Shown here one piece after another: positions 30,916-40,602 of a stretch of DNA of 64,000 nucleotides. The stretch lies in assembly GCA_019058365.1 (NCBI GenBank), contig JAHPZE010000015.1:33873-97872 (forward strand), written 5' to 3'. The DNA comes from Promethearchaeota archaeon. Lineage in GTDB: Archaea; Asgardarchaeota; Lokiarchaeia; Sigyniarchaeales; SOKP01. Positions within the stretch are counted from its first letter, which is position 1; the number at the start of each line of letters is the position of its first letter. The position numbers and the translations under genes are program-made. Below the pieces are notes generated by a model. That model worked only from the letters and a program-made list of their open reading frames with translations. It was not told the origin of the DNA and ran no database searches.

Positions 30916-31027
30916 TATTAGTGTTTCACCTACATATTCTTTTTGGATTCCTATTTTAAATTAAAAGGGTGTTTTTTTAATAAATTAGTTAATATTTTAT
31001 CATATTATACACTAAATAACTCAATTT

Positions 31028-31044
31028 ATATTTAAGGTTTTACT
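31028..31044 (-). promoter_or_regulatory. putative BRE/TATA promoter of the 1348-aa kinase
   Basis: 17-bp exact match to 26163-26179. Confidence 0.55.
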
Positions 31045-31262
31045 CAAATAATAAAAGAATTTTGATTATTGGTGTATACTCACCCAATTTAATCACTAAG
31101 TTCCTATTAATAGTGATTATTGCATAAATTTTAAGTGTGCTATTATTTGATTTTACCGATTTATTTAAATATTTTTTTTACTTAAAACACTATTAACAAA
31201 AGGTTTAGGGTTAACCACTAATTAGGCATTATACCTTTAAATAATCTTTATTTATTAGAGTA

Positions 31263-34200
31263 TTGCTTAACAAAATTCATAGGTGGATAAGAACATTGTT
31301 AGGAAAAAAAAAATCATTAGACTTATATGAGAATAGATTTCAGTTCTTAATAGATAATATTTTAAATGTTGTGGCTGAAGTAGATTCAAAAGGGGTTTTT
31401 ACATATATTAATCCTTATATTTATGATGAATTAGGTTATCAACCTGAGGAAATAATTGGAAGATCAATTTTTGAATTAATTCATCCTGATGATGTTAAGA
31501 AAATAAGTAAAATGTTGCATAGAGGAATTAAATCCCGTGGAAATGTGCTAGAAGTTAGATTAAAAAATAAGAATAATCAATTCATATGGTTTGACATAAA
31601 AACAACAAAGATAAAAGATTATGAAAATGAGATTAAGATAATTATTGATTTAATAAACATATCTAAACGTAAGTCATTAGAAAAGAAATTACAGGAGAAG
31701 GAAGAAAATTATCAAAATTTAACGAAATCATTCCCGGAAATGCAATTTTGGAATGTATTAATTCCGAAAAAATATAAAAATGCCATTCATACCAGTTCTG
31801 AGATGTTAAAAGCAATTATTGAAAATATTCCTCAATGTATTTATTGGAAAGATACAGCGTTTAAATATCTAGGTTGTAACCATAAATTCATTGAATTTAT
31901 TGGGATGGATCGTCCCGAAGATATAATAGGGAAAACAAATGAAGAATTATTCTCTAATATAGAAATGCTTCAACAAATCAAGGAATATGAGAATAGTATT
32001 ATACAATCTGGTAAGCCAGTGTATCATATACATGAAATTTGGATTACTCTTGAGGGGAAAAAAATTTGGTTAGACTCAAATAAAGTCCCAATTTTAGATT
32101 TAGATGAAACAATAATTGGGTTTTTAATATCATTTGAGGAGATAACTGATCGTAAACTTGTTGAAGATAATTTACAAAAATCAGAAGAGAAATATAAAAA
32201 TTTAAGTAATGAGTTAGAAACTATACTGGATGTAATTCCTGGAATGATTTTTATAAAAAAAAATGATATGTATACGAAGGTAAATCAGGTTTTTGCAGAC
32301 TATCTCCAACTTAACAAAGAAGAAATAGTAGGAAAATCTACTTTTGATTTGTTTCCTCAAGAACTCGCTACAAATCTCAGTAAAGATGATTTGGAAGTCA
32401 TTAAAAGCGGTATACCTAAATTAAATATGGAAGAAACTGTAAATTTTCCCGGTGGTAAAGTGTCAAGTATAATAAGTAAATTACCCTATTATAATGAAAA
32501 AGAGGAAATTCAAGGAATCATTGGATTAGCTATTGACATTTCTGAAAGTAAGAAACTCGAACAAGAATTAAAAGAATCTGAAGAAAAATATCGTCTTATT
32601 TCAGAAAATGCGAATGATCTAATTGCTATCATAGATAATGACTTCAAATATGAATACATCAACAAGCAAGTTCACAAAAAATTAATGGGTTATTCATCTG
32701 AAGACTTATTAGGTAAATCTGGGTTACCTTTTATTCATCCCGATGATTTTGAAGAAGCCTCTAAAGCATTAAAAGAAGGTTTTGAAACAGGGGAAGGTAT
32801 GGGAGAGGCTAGAATTAGACATAAAAATGGATCATATTTATGGATTGAAATTAGAGGTAAAACATTTATAGATACAGATGGAATAAAAAAAGCATTATTG
32901 ATTTCAAGAAATATTACAGAACGTAAAAAAGCAGAAAATAAATTAAAAGATTCTGAAGAAAAGTTTAGAAATCTTACTGACCAAGCTTTAATGGGTATCG
33001 CAATATTGCAGGATGATTTGATAAAATATGTAAATGAGAGATTAACGTATCTTCTTGGATATAGTGTTGAAGAAATGATAAACTGGCAACCAGGAGAATT
33101 TGTTAAGGTAATTCATCCAGAAGATAGGGAACTAGTAATGGAACAAGTAAGGAAAAAACAAATTGGTGAACCTAATATCATTATTCATTATCAATACCGT
33201 TTAATCAAAAAAAATGGAGAAATTTTATGGGTTGAAAATTATTCAAAAACAATAACTTATGAAGGTAAACCTGCAGATTTAGTGTCAATAATAGACATTA
33301 CCGATCAAAAAAGAGTTCAACAGAAATTAGAAGAATCAGAAAAAAAATATAGAAACCTAATCAATAATATCACGGATATTATAATAGAAGTTGATTTAAA
33401 GGGTACCTTCTTATATGTCAGTCCACAGGTTTACAATATTGCAGGGTATCGCCCAGAAGAAGTTATTGGAGTAAATGGGTTTAATCTTATTCATCCTGAT
33501 GATCTACAAAAGGCAAAATTAATACTTAAAGATACAATAAAAAATAGAGATTCGGTATCTCTTGAATTCAGAACTTTACATAAAAAGGGGCACTATTTTG
33601 ATGTATCAGTTAGCGGGAGGGTTATAAGCATGGATGGAGTAATTAAAGTTATTGCAATCATAAGAGATATTACAAATAAAAAGAAAACGGAATTAATGTT
33701 AAGAGAATCTGAAGGGAAATATCGAGAATTATATGAGAATGCACCAAATGCATATTTCTCTATAAAATCAGATCAGATAATCAAGAATTGCAATAAAGCA
33801 GCAGAGGAACTTTTAGGGTATTCAAGGGACGAGCTTTTAAATATGAAAGTTTTTGACTTGTATGCAGATAATGAAGAGGGGATAATAAAAGCTAAAAAAA
33901 TTTTTAAAGCCTTCTTAAAAGGTCAAAATATTCGCGATCAAGAACTTCTAATGAAAAAAAAAAATGGCGATCTTGTATGGATAAATTTAACAGTTAATCC
34001 TGTTTTGGATAATAAAGGAAACGTAATAGAATCACGTTCGATGGTTATAGATATTTTAAAACATAAGGAATATGAGGAAACTTTAAGGAAGTTAGCACAT
34101 AGTCTTAATGGACGTGTTGAAGAATTAAAGTGTTTAAATAACATTTTAAAGTTAGCTCATACACAAAAAGTTCCAATAAAAATGTTTTTTAATAAAGCGT

Positions 34201-37058
34201 TACAGTTTATCTCTCCAGCATGGCAGTTCCCTGAAATAACATGTGCAAGAATTCTATATAATGGTCAAGAATTCAAAACAAAAAATTTTATGGAATCTAA
34301 ATGGATCCAGAAAGTAGATTTCACAATATTTGGTGAAACAAAGGGTTCTTTAGAAGTTTGTTATTTAAAAGAGATGCCAAAATCAGATGAAGGTCCTTTT
34401 CTTAAGGAAGAAAGAGATTTAATCAATGCGATTGGTGAGATATTTAAAACAACTATAGAACGTATAAACGCAGAGAAAAGCATCTTAACATCTGAACAAA
34501 AATTTAAGGATCTGATGGAAGCAACGCCAATTGGAATTTCTATGAGTAATCCAGCTGGAGAAGTATTTGAAATCAATTCTCAAGTCTATAAAATCTTTGG
34601 TTACAGTTCGAAAGAAGATTTCCTAAAAATACCTGCTACTACTCACTATTACAACCCAAAAGACAGAGAAATGTTTGTTAAATCACTTGAAAAGGGATTT
34701 GCTAAAGATTTTGAAGTCTATTTAAAGCATAAGGATGGAACTCCATTCTGGGGATCAATAACTTCCATTGCGGAACAATTTGAAGGGAAGACAATATTTA
34801 TTAACACATTCCAGGATATCACTAAGCGTAAACAAGCCCAACAAAAATTAAAAGAATCTGAGGAGAATTATAGAAAAATTAGTGAAGAATTAGAGATGAT
34901 AATGGATCACGTACCAGGATTAATTTTTTATAAAGATACTGAAAATAAATTCATTCGAGTGAATAAATATGTTGCTGATGCTCATGAAATGATAAAAACA
35001 GAGTTAAAAGGCAAAAGCATTTTTGATTTATATCCAAAAGAACAAGCACAAGCTTATTGGGATGATGATTTAGAAGTGATAAAAAGTGGCGCGCCAAGAT
35101 TAAATATCGAAGAGCCGTGGGAAACAGTAGAGGGTTCAAGATGGCTTAGCACAAGCAAGATACCGTTTTATAACGAGAATAATGAAATTATAGGTATTAT
35201 AGGATTCTCAATAGATATAACTGAAAGAAAACTCGCTGAACGAAAATTAAAAGAATCTGAAGAAAAATTAAAATCGATCTATAAAACATTTCCAGTTCCT
35301 ACATATACATGGCAAAAAATTGAAGATAATTTGATTTTAATTAATTATAATGAAGCTGCAAAAGAAATAACTAATGGAAATATATCAAACTTTTTAGGAA
35401 TCAAAGCGTCGGATTTATATAAAGATAATCCAGAAATTCTAAGAGATTTGCATCAATGTGCTAATATAAATTCTAACTTTTCTCGAGAAATGAAGTATCA
35501 ATATATAACAACAGGTAAAGAAAAATATTTAACAGTAAAATATAGTTTCATTCCACCTGACTTAATCTTAGTTCACACTGAAGATATCACTGAGCGTAAA
35601 AAAACAGAACAATATTTAAAAGAATCTGAAGAAAAATATAGGATGTTAGTAGAAAATGCTCACGATGGTGTTTGGGCTGTAGATGAAAATGACAATACTA
35701 TCTTTGTTAATCAAAGAATATGTAAGATGTTTGGTTATACCAAAAATGAGATGATAGGTAAAAGTTTATATAATTTTTTAGATGCCTCAATGATACAATT
35801 GATCAATAGCTATCGAGAACGAAGGGAGAGAGGTTTGAAAGATACTTATAATCTTGAATTTATAAAAAAAAGTGGTAGCAAGATATACACAAATATTAAA
35901 GCAACTCCAATTTTGGGAGAAAATGGAGAGTTTAAGGGTTCATTTGCCTACATTACTGATATTACTGATAGAAAAATCACAGAACAACATTTAAAAGAAT
36001 CTGAGCAAAAATATAGAAATTTAGTCGAGACATCTTCAATGGGATTAATGGAGATTGATATCAAGAAAGGAGGAATTATATATATTAATCCTAGATTATT
36101 AGAAATTGTTGGTTATACCGAAGACGAATTAGTAAGCAATGGAATGTTTTATAAAGCTATTTATCCAGATGATTATAAAAAAGTTAAAAAATCAAAAGGA
36201 GATAGAGATATTGAGTTCAGAATAATTAACAAGAAAGGAAAAGTTAAATGGCTATCGGGAAGAACATTACATCATTTTAATGAGCAAGGAGAACTAATTT
36301 ATTTAAGATTATGGTTGCAAGATATTACAGCCATGAAAGAGCTAGAAGACATAAAATCTAATTTGTTAACAAGAGTTTCACATGAAATCAAGACGCCTCT
36401 CATATCAATCAAAGGTTTTACTGATCTTTTATTAGAAGAGTATAGGAACAATCTAGATAAACAGACGATTGCGTTCTTAGAAAAAATTAAAGAGGGTGGT
36501 GAAAGACTAAAATTACTTATCAATCGTTTTTTAGAGGCTACACAGTTAGAAAAAGGAGCAGTAATATTAAATGAATCCTATGAAAATTTATCCCTATTGA
36601 TTAAGAAGGGGATAGGAGACTTGGAAGGGTTAATTAAATTAAGGAATCATACTATTCATGTTGATATTCCCGATGAATTAATGATTTATCTTGATAAAGA
36701 GAAGATTCAATCTGTAATTTCAAACTTATTAACAAATGCTGTAAAGTATACACCTAGTGGAGGTAATATTACCATAAATTCAAGAATCAAGAAAAATACT
36801 CTAATAGTTTCGGTTAGAGATGATGGAATTGGCTTAAAGAAAAAGGAGATAACACAATTGTTTAGACCTTTTGGGAAAATTGAAATATATGGAAGAGGTT
36901 GGGATATAATTTCTGATGGTATTGGATTAGGTTTATATCTTTCAAAAGAAATTATAGATTTACATAATGGTAAGATCTGGGTAGAATCATCGGGCTTAGA
37001 TAAAGGGAGTACTTTTTATTTTTCACTACCAACAATAAGAAATAACAACGATGAGTAA
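31263..37058 (+). CDS. giant multi-PAS sensor histidine kinase (1931 aa)
   Basis: About 12 PAS repeats plus one GAF-like module; VSHEIKTPL, NLLTNAVKY, DDGIG and GIGLGL; TTG start. Confidence 0.95.
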   Translation: MLNKIHRWIRTLLGKKKSLDLYENRFQFLIDNILNVVAEVDSKGVFTYINPYIYDELGYQPEEIIGRSIFELIHPDDVKKISKMLHRGIKSRGNVLEVRLKNKNNQFIWFDIKTTKIKDYENEIKIIIDLINISKRKSLEKKLQEKEENYQNLTKSFPEMQFWNVLIPKKYKNAIHTSSEMLKAIIENIPQCIYWKDTAFKYLGCNHKFIEFIGMDRPEDIIGKTNEELFSNIEMLQQIKEYENSIIQSGKPVYHIHEIWITLEGKKIWLDSNKVPILDLDETIIGFLISFEEITDRKLVEDNLQKSEEKYKNLSNELETILDVIPGMIFIKKNDMYTKVNQVFADYLQLNKEEIVGKSTFDLFPQELATNLSKDDLEVIKSGIPKLNMEETVNFPGGKVSSIISKLPYYNEKEEIQGIIGLAIDISESKKLEQELKESEEKYRLISENANDLIAIIDNDFKYEYINKQVHKKLMGYSSEDLLGKSGLPFIHPDDFEEASKALKEGFETGEGMGEARIRHKNGSYLWIEIRGKTFIDTDGIKKALLISRNITERKKAENKLKDSEEKFRNLTDQALMGIAILQDDLIKYVNERLTYLLGYSVEEMINWQPGEFVKVIHPEDRELVMEQVRKKQIGEPNIIIHYQYRLIKKNGEILWVENYSKTITYEGKPADLVSIIDITDQKRVQQKLEESEKKYRNLINNITDIIIEVDLKGTFLYVSPQVYNIAGYRPEEVIGVNGFNLIHPDDLQKAKLILKDTIKNRDSVSLEFRTLHKKGHYFDVSVSGRVISMDGVIKVIAIIRDITNKKKTELMLRESEGKYRELYENAPNAYFSIKSDQIIKNCNKAAEELLGYSRDELLNMKVFDLYADNEEGIIKAKKIFKAFLKGQNIRDQELLMKKKNGDLVWINLTVNPVLDNKGNVIESRSMVIDILKHKEYEETLRKLAHSLNGRVEELKCLNNILKLAHTQKVPIKMFFNKALQFISPAWQFPEITCARILYNGQEFKTKNFMESKWIQKVDFTIFGETKGSLEVCYLKEMPKSDEGPFLKEERDLINAIGEIFKTTIERINAEKSILTSEQKFKDLMEATPIGISMSNPAGEVFEINSQVYKIFGYSSKEDFLKIPATTHYYNPKDREMFVKSLEKGFAKDFEVYLKHKDGTPFWGSITSIAEQFEGKTIFINTFQDITKRKQAQQKLKESEENYRKISEELEMIMDHVPGLIFYKDTENKFIRVNKYVADAHEMIKTELKGKSIFDLYPKEQAQAYWDDDLEVIKSGAPRLNIEEPWETVEGSRWLSTSKIPFYNENNEIIGIIGFSIDITERKLAERKLKESEEKLKSIYKTFPVPTYTWQKIEDNLILINYNEAAKEITNGNISNFLGIKASDLYKDNPEILRDLHQCANINSNFSREMKYQYITTGKEKYLTVKYSFIPPDLILVHTEDITERKKTEQYLKESEEKYRMLVENAHDGVWAVDENDNTIFVNQRICKMFGYTKNEMIGKSLYNFLDASMIQLINSYRERRERGLKDTYNLEFIKKSGSKIYTNIKATPILGENGEFKGSFAYITDITDRKITEQHLKESEQKYRNLVETSSMGLMEIDIKKGGIIYINPRLLEIVGYTEDELVSNGMFYKAIYPDDYKKVKKSKGDRDIEFRIINKKGKVKWLSGRTLHHFNEQGELIYLRLWLQDITAMKELEDIKSNLLTRVSHEIKTPLISIKGFTDLLLEEYRNNLDKQTIAFLEKIKEGGERLKLLINRFLEATQLEKGAVILNESYENLSLLIKKGIGDLEGLIKLRNHTIHVDIPDELMIYLDKEKIQSVISNLLTNAVKYTPSGGNITINSRIKKNTLIVSVRDDGIGLKKKEITQLFRPFGKIEIYGRGWDIISDGIGLGLYLSKEIIDLHNGKIWVESSGLDKGSTFYFSLPTIRNNNDE

Positions 37059-37101
37059 AACGAGAAATTCTCTAAATTAAATCGTTTTAAATAGATTAAG
37101 A

Positions 37102-37956
37102 CTAGAGATAATCAAATAAAAATTCTAAACTTGGCAAATCAAAAGGTTTTAAAATATAACCATCTGCCATTGTTTCTTCCATTTTTTTCTCTATTTTAGG
37201 AAGTGGTACAGCGGTTAAGTAGAAAACGGGCGTTTCTTTTAGACTCATATGAGATTTTATTTCCTTACAAATATCATATCCACTAACATCTGGTAAAATA
37301 ATATCTAACAATATTAATTTTGGTCTTGTCACATATAATTCTTCAATTCCTTTAGATCCTGTAAGAACTCCTTTAAAGGAATACCCTTTACTTTCAAAAT
37401 AATTCTTTAATAAAAGGATCGTAGATAAATCATCTTCTATAAGCAAAATATCATATTGGGAAGGTTTTTCTTTTCTCTCTTCTAATTTAGTTACAAATTT
37501 ACTCTCCAATTGCTGTGTTTCATTTAATACATTATTTATAATTGATTTAATATCATCGTTTATCTCATTTTTATGTTTTTCAAGTAATAATTGAGAAAAT
37601 CCTTTAATAGTAGTCAATTTTCCTTTTACTTCATGAACTAAGTCTGAATCATTGGCAATTCCTAGGTGTGTAAGTATTTTTCCACCAAATTTTGTTTTTT
37701 CATTTATAAAATAATTAACACTTTCTCTTATTAATTTAGAAAATGAAGAAAATTTATGTGTATCCATAAATTCTTCCCATTTTTTTTCAGTTTCAGTTGA
37801 TACATAAACGGAAATTCTTTTTTTATCAGCATAATAATCTTTTTCACCTTCTTTCCATCTTAGGAATCCCTTAGTGGTTTTTCCCTGCCAAATTGCTTGC
37901 TTTCCCGTCTCTTGCTCAAATTGTACCATTTCCTTAGTTTTTTGATCACTATTCAA
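37102..37956 (-). CDS. response regulator with RHH-like DNA-binding domain, His-containing DHp and C-terminal REC
   Basis: KKRISVYVS.ETEKKW...FSSFSKLIRESV (RHH pattern); LVHEVKGKLTTIKGFSQLL (H-box); ILLIEDD, LLDIILPD, LTA and KPF. Confidence 0.85.
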   Translation of the reverse strand: MNSDQKTKEMVQFEQETGKQAIWQGKTTKGFLRWKEGEKDYYADKKRISVYVSTETEKKWEEFMDTHKFSSFSKLIRESVNYFINEKTKFGGKILTHLGIANDSDLVHEVKGKLTTIKGFSQLLLEKHKNEINDDIKSIINNVLNETQQLESKFVTKLEERKEKPSQYDILLIEDDLSTILLLKNYFESKGYSFKGVLTGSKGIEELYVTRPKLILLDIILPDVSGYDICKEIKSHMSLKETPVFYLTAVPLPKIEKKMEETMADGYILKPFDLPSLEFLFDYL

Positions 37957-38158
37957 TATGAACTTCCACCTTTGATTAAAATATTATAAATTTTTTTTTA
38001 TTCTATTCTTTAATTGATTTTTACATTTACTAATATTTAAAATTGATTAAGTGAATCTTAGGAATAATAAATATCAAATCTCTGATTGTAAGAAACTTCA
38101 ATATATTTTTTAATATGAGATATATATCTTGTATAGCTATTTAAAACAATAAACTTAA

Positions 38159-39652
38159 TCATAAGTCAAAACGATTGACTAAACCTCGCTTCAAGAACAT
38201 TTCTTTTAATTCTGAAAGAACGTCTCCTCTAGGTGAAGTTGATCTAATATTGCCACTTATTGAGATTTTTGGAGGTGGGGGTGGAGGTTTAAGCGAATCT
38301 AAGCTAATTTCTTCCTGTTTCATTGGTGGTGCATTCGGTGGAGTAGAGGATATCTTTGGTAATTGAGTTTTTGATTTTAGAAAAGGTTTAGTTTTTTCTA
38401 ATTTCTCAGTTGTGAGTTTTCCATCTTTAACTAGTTCTTTTTCTTGTAATTTTAAAGATGGATGTGTTGGCAGTGGCTTTGGAGGTCCTGAGCCTTTTTT
38501 ATATTTTTTTTTCTTTTGACTCTCATTAAATTTAGCCTTTTTCTTACCTTTTTTAACACTTTCACTAGATTTTGAGATAGGTGAGATAGAATCATTTTTT
38601 ACTTTTTCAAAAGGAACTGAAAAAAGAGATTGTGATAGATCTGATGGATTCAATCTAAGTATAGCCCTTTTAATTTCTGAAAGTTCAGATACGAATTTAT
38701 CCATTAGTTTCAGATTGAGATCTAAAATCTTCTGAAATTTTTCGTCAATATCAGGTATCACAATCTCTTTACCTTTCTCCTCTTTTTCCTTTGAAAAAAT
38801 ATTTTTAATACTCTTAACTATCTCTGGTTTATTAGAATAATAATTATAAATACTTGTGGGAATAATCTCAAAATTCCAAGGATTTTCAGATTTTTTAAAA
38901 ATCTCCGAGATTTTATCTGCAAGGTATTCAAGTTTAATTTGAAAATCTGGATCTTCTCTGATATCAAAATCTGCCTTATTCAATAAAATTACAATAAAAG
39001 GATTTTCCTTTAAGAATTCGAGAATATCTGTTATATCTTTTAGATATTTTACCGCATTTAAATATCTAACATCATCTTGGGAATCAATAACAAAAATTAT
39101 AATATCCACTTGGATGAAAAATTGTTCTGGAGAGGCAAGATATTCATCTATATGATCTTTTTGACCACCTAGATCCCAGAGAATCAAATCTAATTTATCA
39201 GATTGATATTCTTCTATGTTTGCCCCAATTGTAGGTTCTAAATTAGCTATGTCATTATAATTATAATCTTTAATTAATCTATTTATTAAAGATGTTTTCC
39301 CAGCGAAATCTAAACCTGCAACGACAATTTTCAATTTAGGTTTTTTTAAATATAATTTTCTTTTACTCCATGCATTTGAAATTAAGGTTGAAGCAATTAG
39401 AGCATTCTTTAAAGTAGTTCTATTAATAGAATATTTTTCAATCAGATTTTCAAATCCATAATTTTCTAATTTAGCGAGATCGCGTAAATTTGTGATATCA
39501 ATTTTTCTAAATTTCTCAATCTCTTCTTTTTTTATTCCCTTTAATTTACTTATTTCTAAACCTAATACATCTTTCAGGGAGGTAGGATAATAATCTAAAT
39601 CTAAAAATCGATCAGAGAAATATTTAATAACCCTTTTTGCTGACTCTGACAT
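38159..39652 (-). CDS. Arf-like GTPase with N-terminal HhH-like domain and Lys/Pro-rich C-terminal tail
   Basis: GLDFAGKTS, EPTIG, WDLGGQ and NKAD; N-terminal ISKLKGI; tail KPPPPPPK...RGDVLSELKEMF. Confidence 0.88.
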   Translation of the reverse strand: MSESAKRVIKYFSDRFLDLDYYPTSLKDVLGLEISKLKGIKKEEIEKFRKIDITNLRDLAKLENYGFENLIEKYSINRTTLKNALIASTLISNAWSKRKLYLKKPKLKIVVAGLDFAGKTSLINRLIKDYNYNDIANLEPTIGANIEEYQSDKLDLILWDLGGQKDHIDEYLASPEQFFIQVDIIIFVIDSQDDVRYLNAVKYLKDITDILEFLKENPFIVILLNKADFDIREDPDFQIKLEYLADKISEIFKKSENPWNFEIIPTSIYNYYSNKPEIVKSIKNIFSKEKEEKGKEIVIPDIDEKFQKILDLNLKLMDKFVSELSEIKRAILRLNPSDLSQSLFSVPFEKVKNDSISPISKSSESVKKGKKKAKFNESQKKKKYKKGSGPPKPLPTHPSLKLQEKELVKDGKLTTEKLEKTKPFLKSKTQLPKISSTPPNAPPMKQEEISLDSLKPPPPPPKISISGNIRSTSPRGDVLSELKEMFLKRGLVNRFDL

Positions 39653-39883
39653 TACATATCATTCTCTTTGTTTTTATAGAAAAATTTACTAAACTTTTCA
39701 CTTTTAGTGTTATTTTTATTTTCAATAGTAAAATAAAAAAATTAATAAATAAATTTTGTTACTATTTTAGCGAAAATGGATCTAATTAGTAAAATTTTAG
39801 AGAATTAATTATAATTATTTAAAATATATATATCAAAAAATAGTTTATAATAGACCGAATTAAAAAAAGGAGCGAACTTATAA

Positions 39884-40567
39884 ATGGTTGAAAGGAAACA
39901 GGTTGAGGATACTGTAGAGAATATAATTTCAGATACTTATAATAGCGTGCAATCAATTTTAGAAAAAAATCCTTTCATAATAATGATTGGGAAATATGAT
40001 CATACGTTAGGACCTAGAACTATATACACATCCGTTAACATTGAATTGGAACAACAATTTATTAGAAATCTTTTAAGAGATGCTTTAAATACTAAAAATA
40101 AATTTGTAATTTTAGATTTCAATTATTTTTATTCCCAAATCTATAAGATTGAAATTGAGGACAATAATGCTCGAGGTAAAAAACAATTATACTCTATCAT
40201 TTTACTTCGTGATATTGAATATCCATTAATTCCTGTTATACATTTTAGAAAAATTGAAATGATGTTTCGTAAAATTGGTGAAGATAGTATTTTATCAGAT
40301 GACAAAAAAGTATTTGAAGTTTTTTTTGAAGAATTAAGCGAGATATATATAAAAAAAAATGAAATTCTCCCATTAGAAAAATTCAATTTGCAAATTCGTA
40401 GTGGACTAAATACAATTCAAGGTTTTTGTGAATTGATATTAGAAGATAAAAAGGAGAAGAAGAATCTATCTGATGAGAATATATTAAATTTTATGGAAAT
40501 GATTCTAGATTCTTGTAAAGATATAATTATATCACTTGAAAAATATTTAAAAAATTCCTTAAAATAA
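39884..40567 (+). CDS. uDENN/longin-like domain fused to a degenerate HisKA (pseudo-DHp)
   Basis: IMIGKYDHTLGPRTIY and ARG..QLYSIILL; C-terminal FNLQIRSGLNTIQGFCELILE. Confidence 0.65.
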   Translation: MVERKQVEDTVENIISDTYNSVQSILEKNPFIIMIGKYDHTLGPRTIYTSVNIELEQQFIRNLLRDALNTKNKFVILDFNYFYSQIYKIEIEDNNARGKKQLYSIILLRDIEYPLIPVIHFRKIEMMFRKIGEDSILSDDKKVFEVFFEELSEIYIKKNEILPLEKFNLQIRSGLNTIQGFCELILEDKKEKKNLSDENILNFMEMILDSCKDIIISLEKYLKNSLK

Positions 40568-40602
40568 ATAGTTTAATTTAACTAGAGATTCAAGTATTAA
40601 AT

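Noticed and set aside
33953-33964. Poly-A tracts as phase-variation sites (also near 16071, 23390 and 41945)
   Set aside because: A/T runs of 9-11 nt are common throughout this AT-rich DNA and the reading frames are intact.
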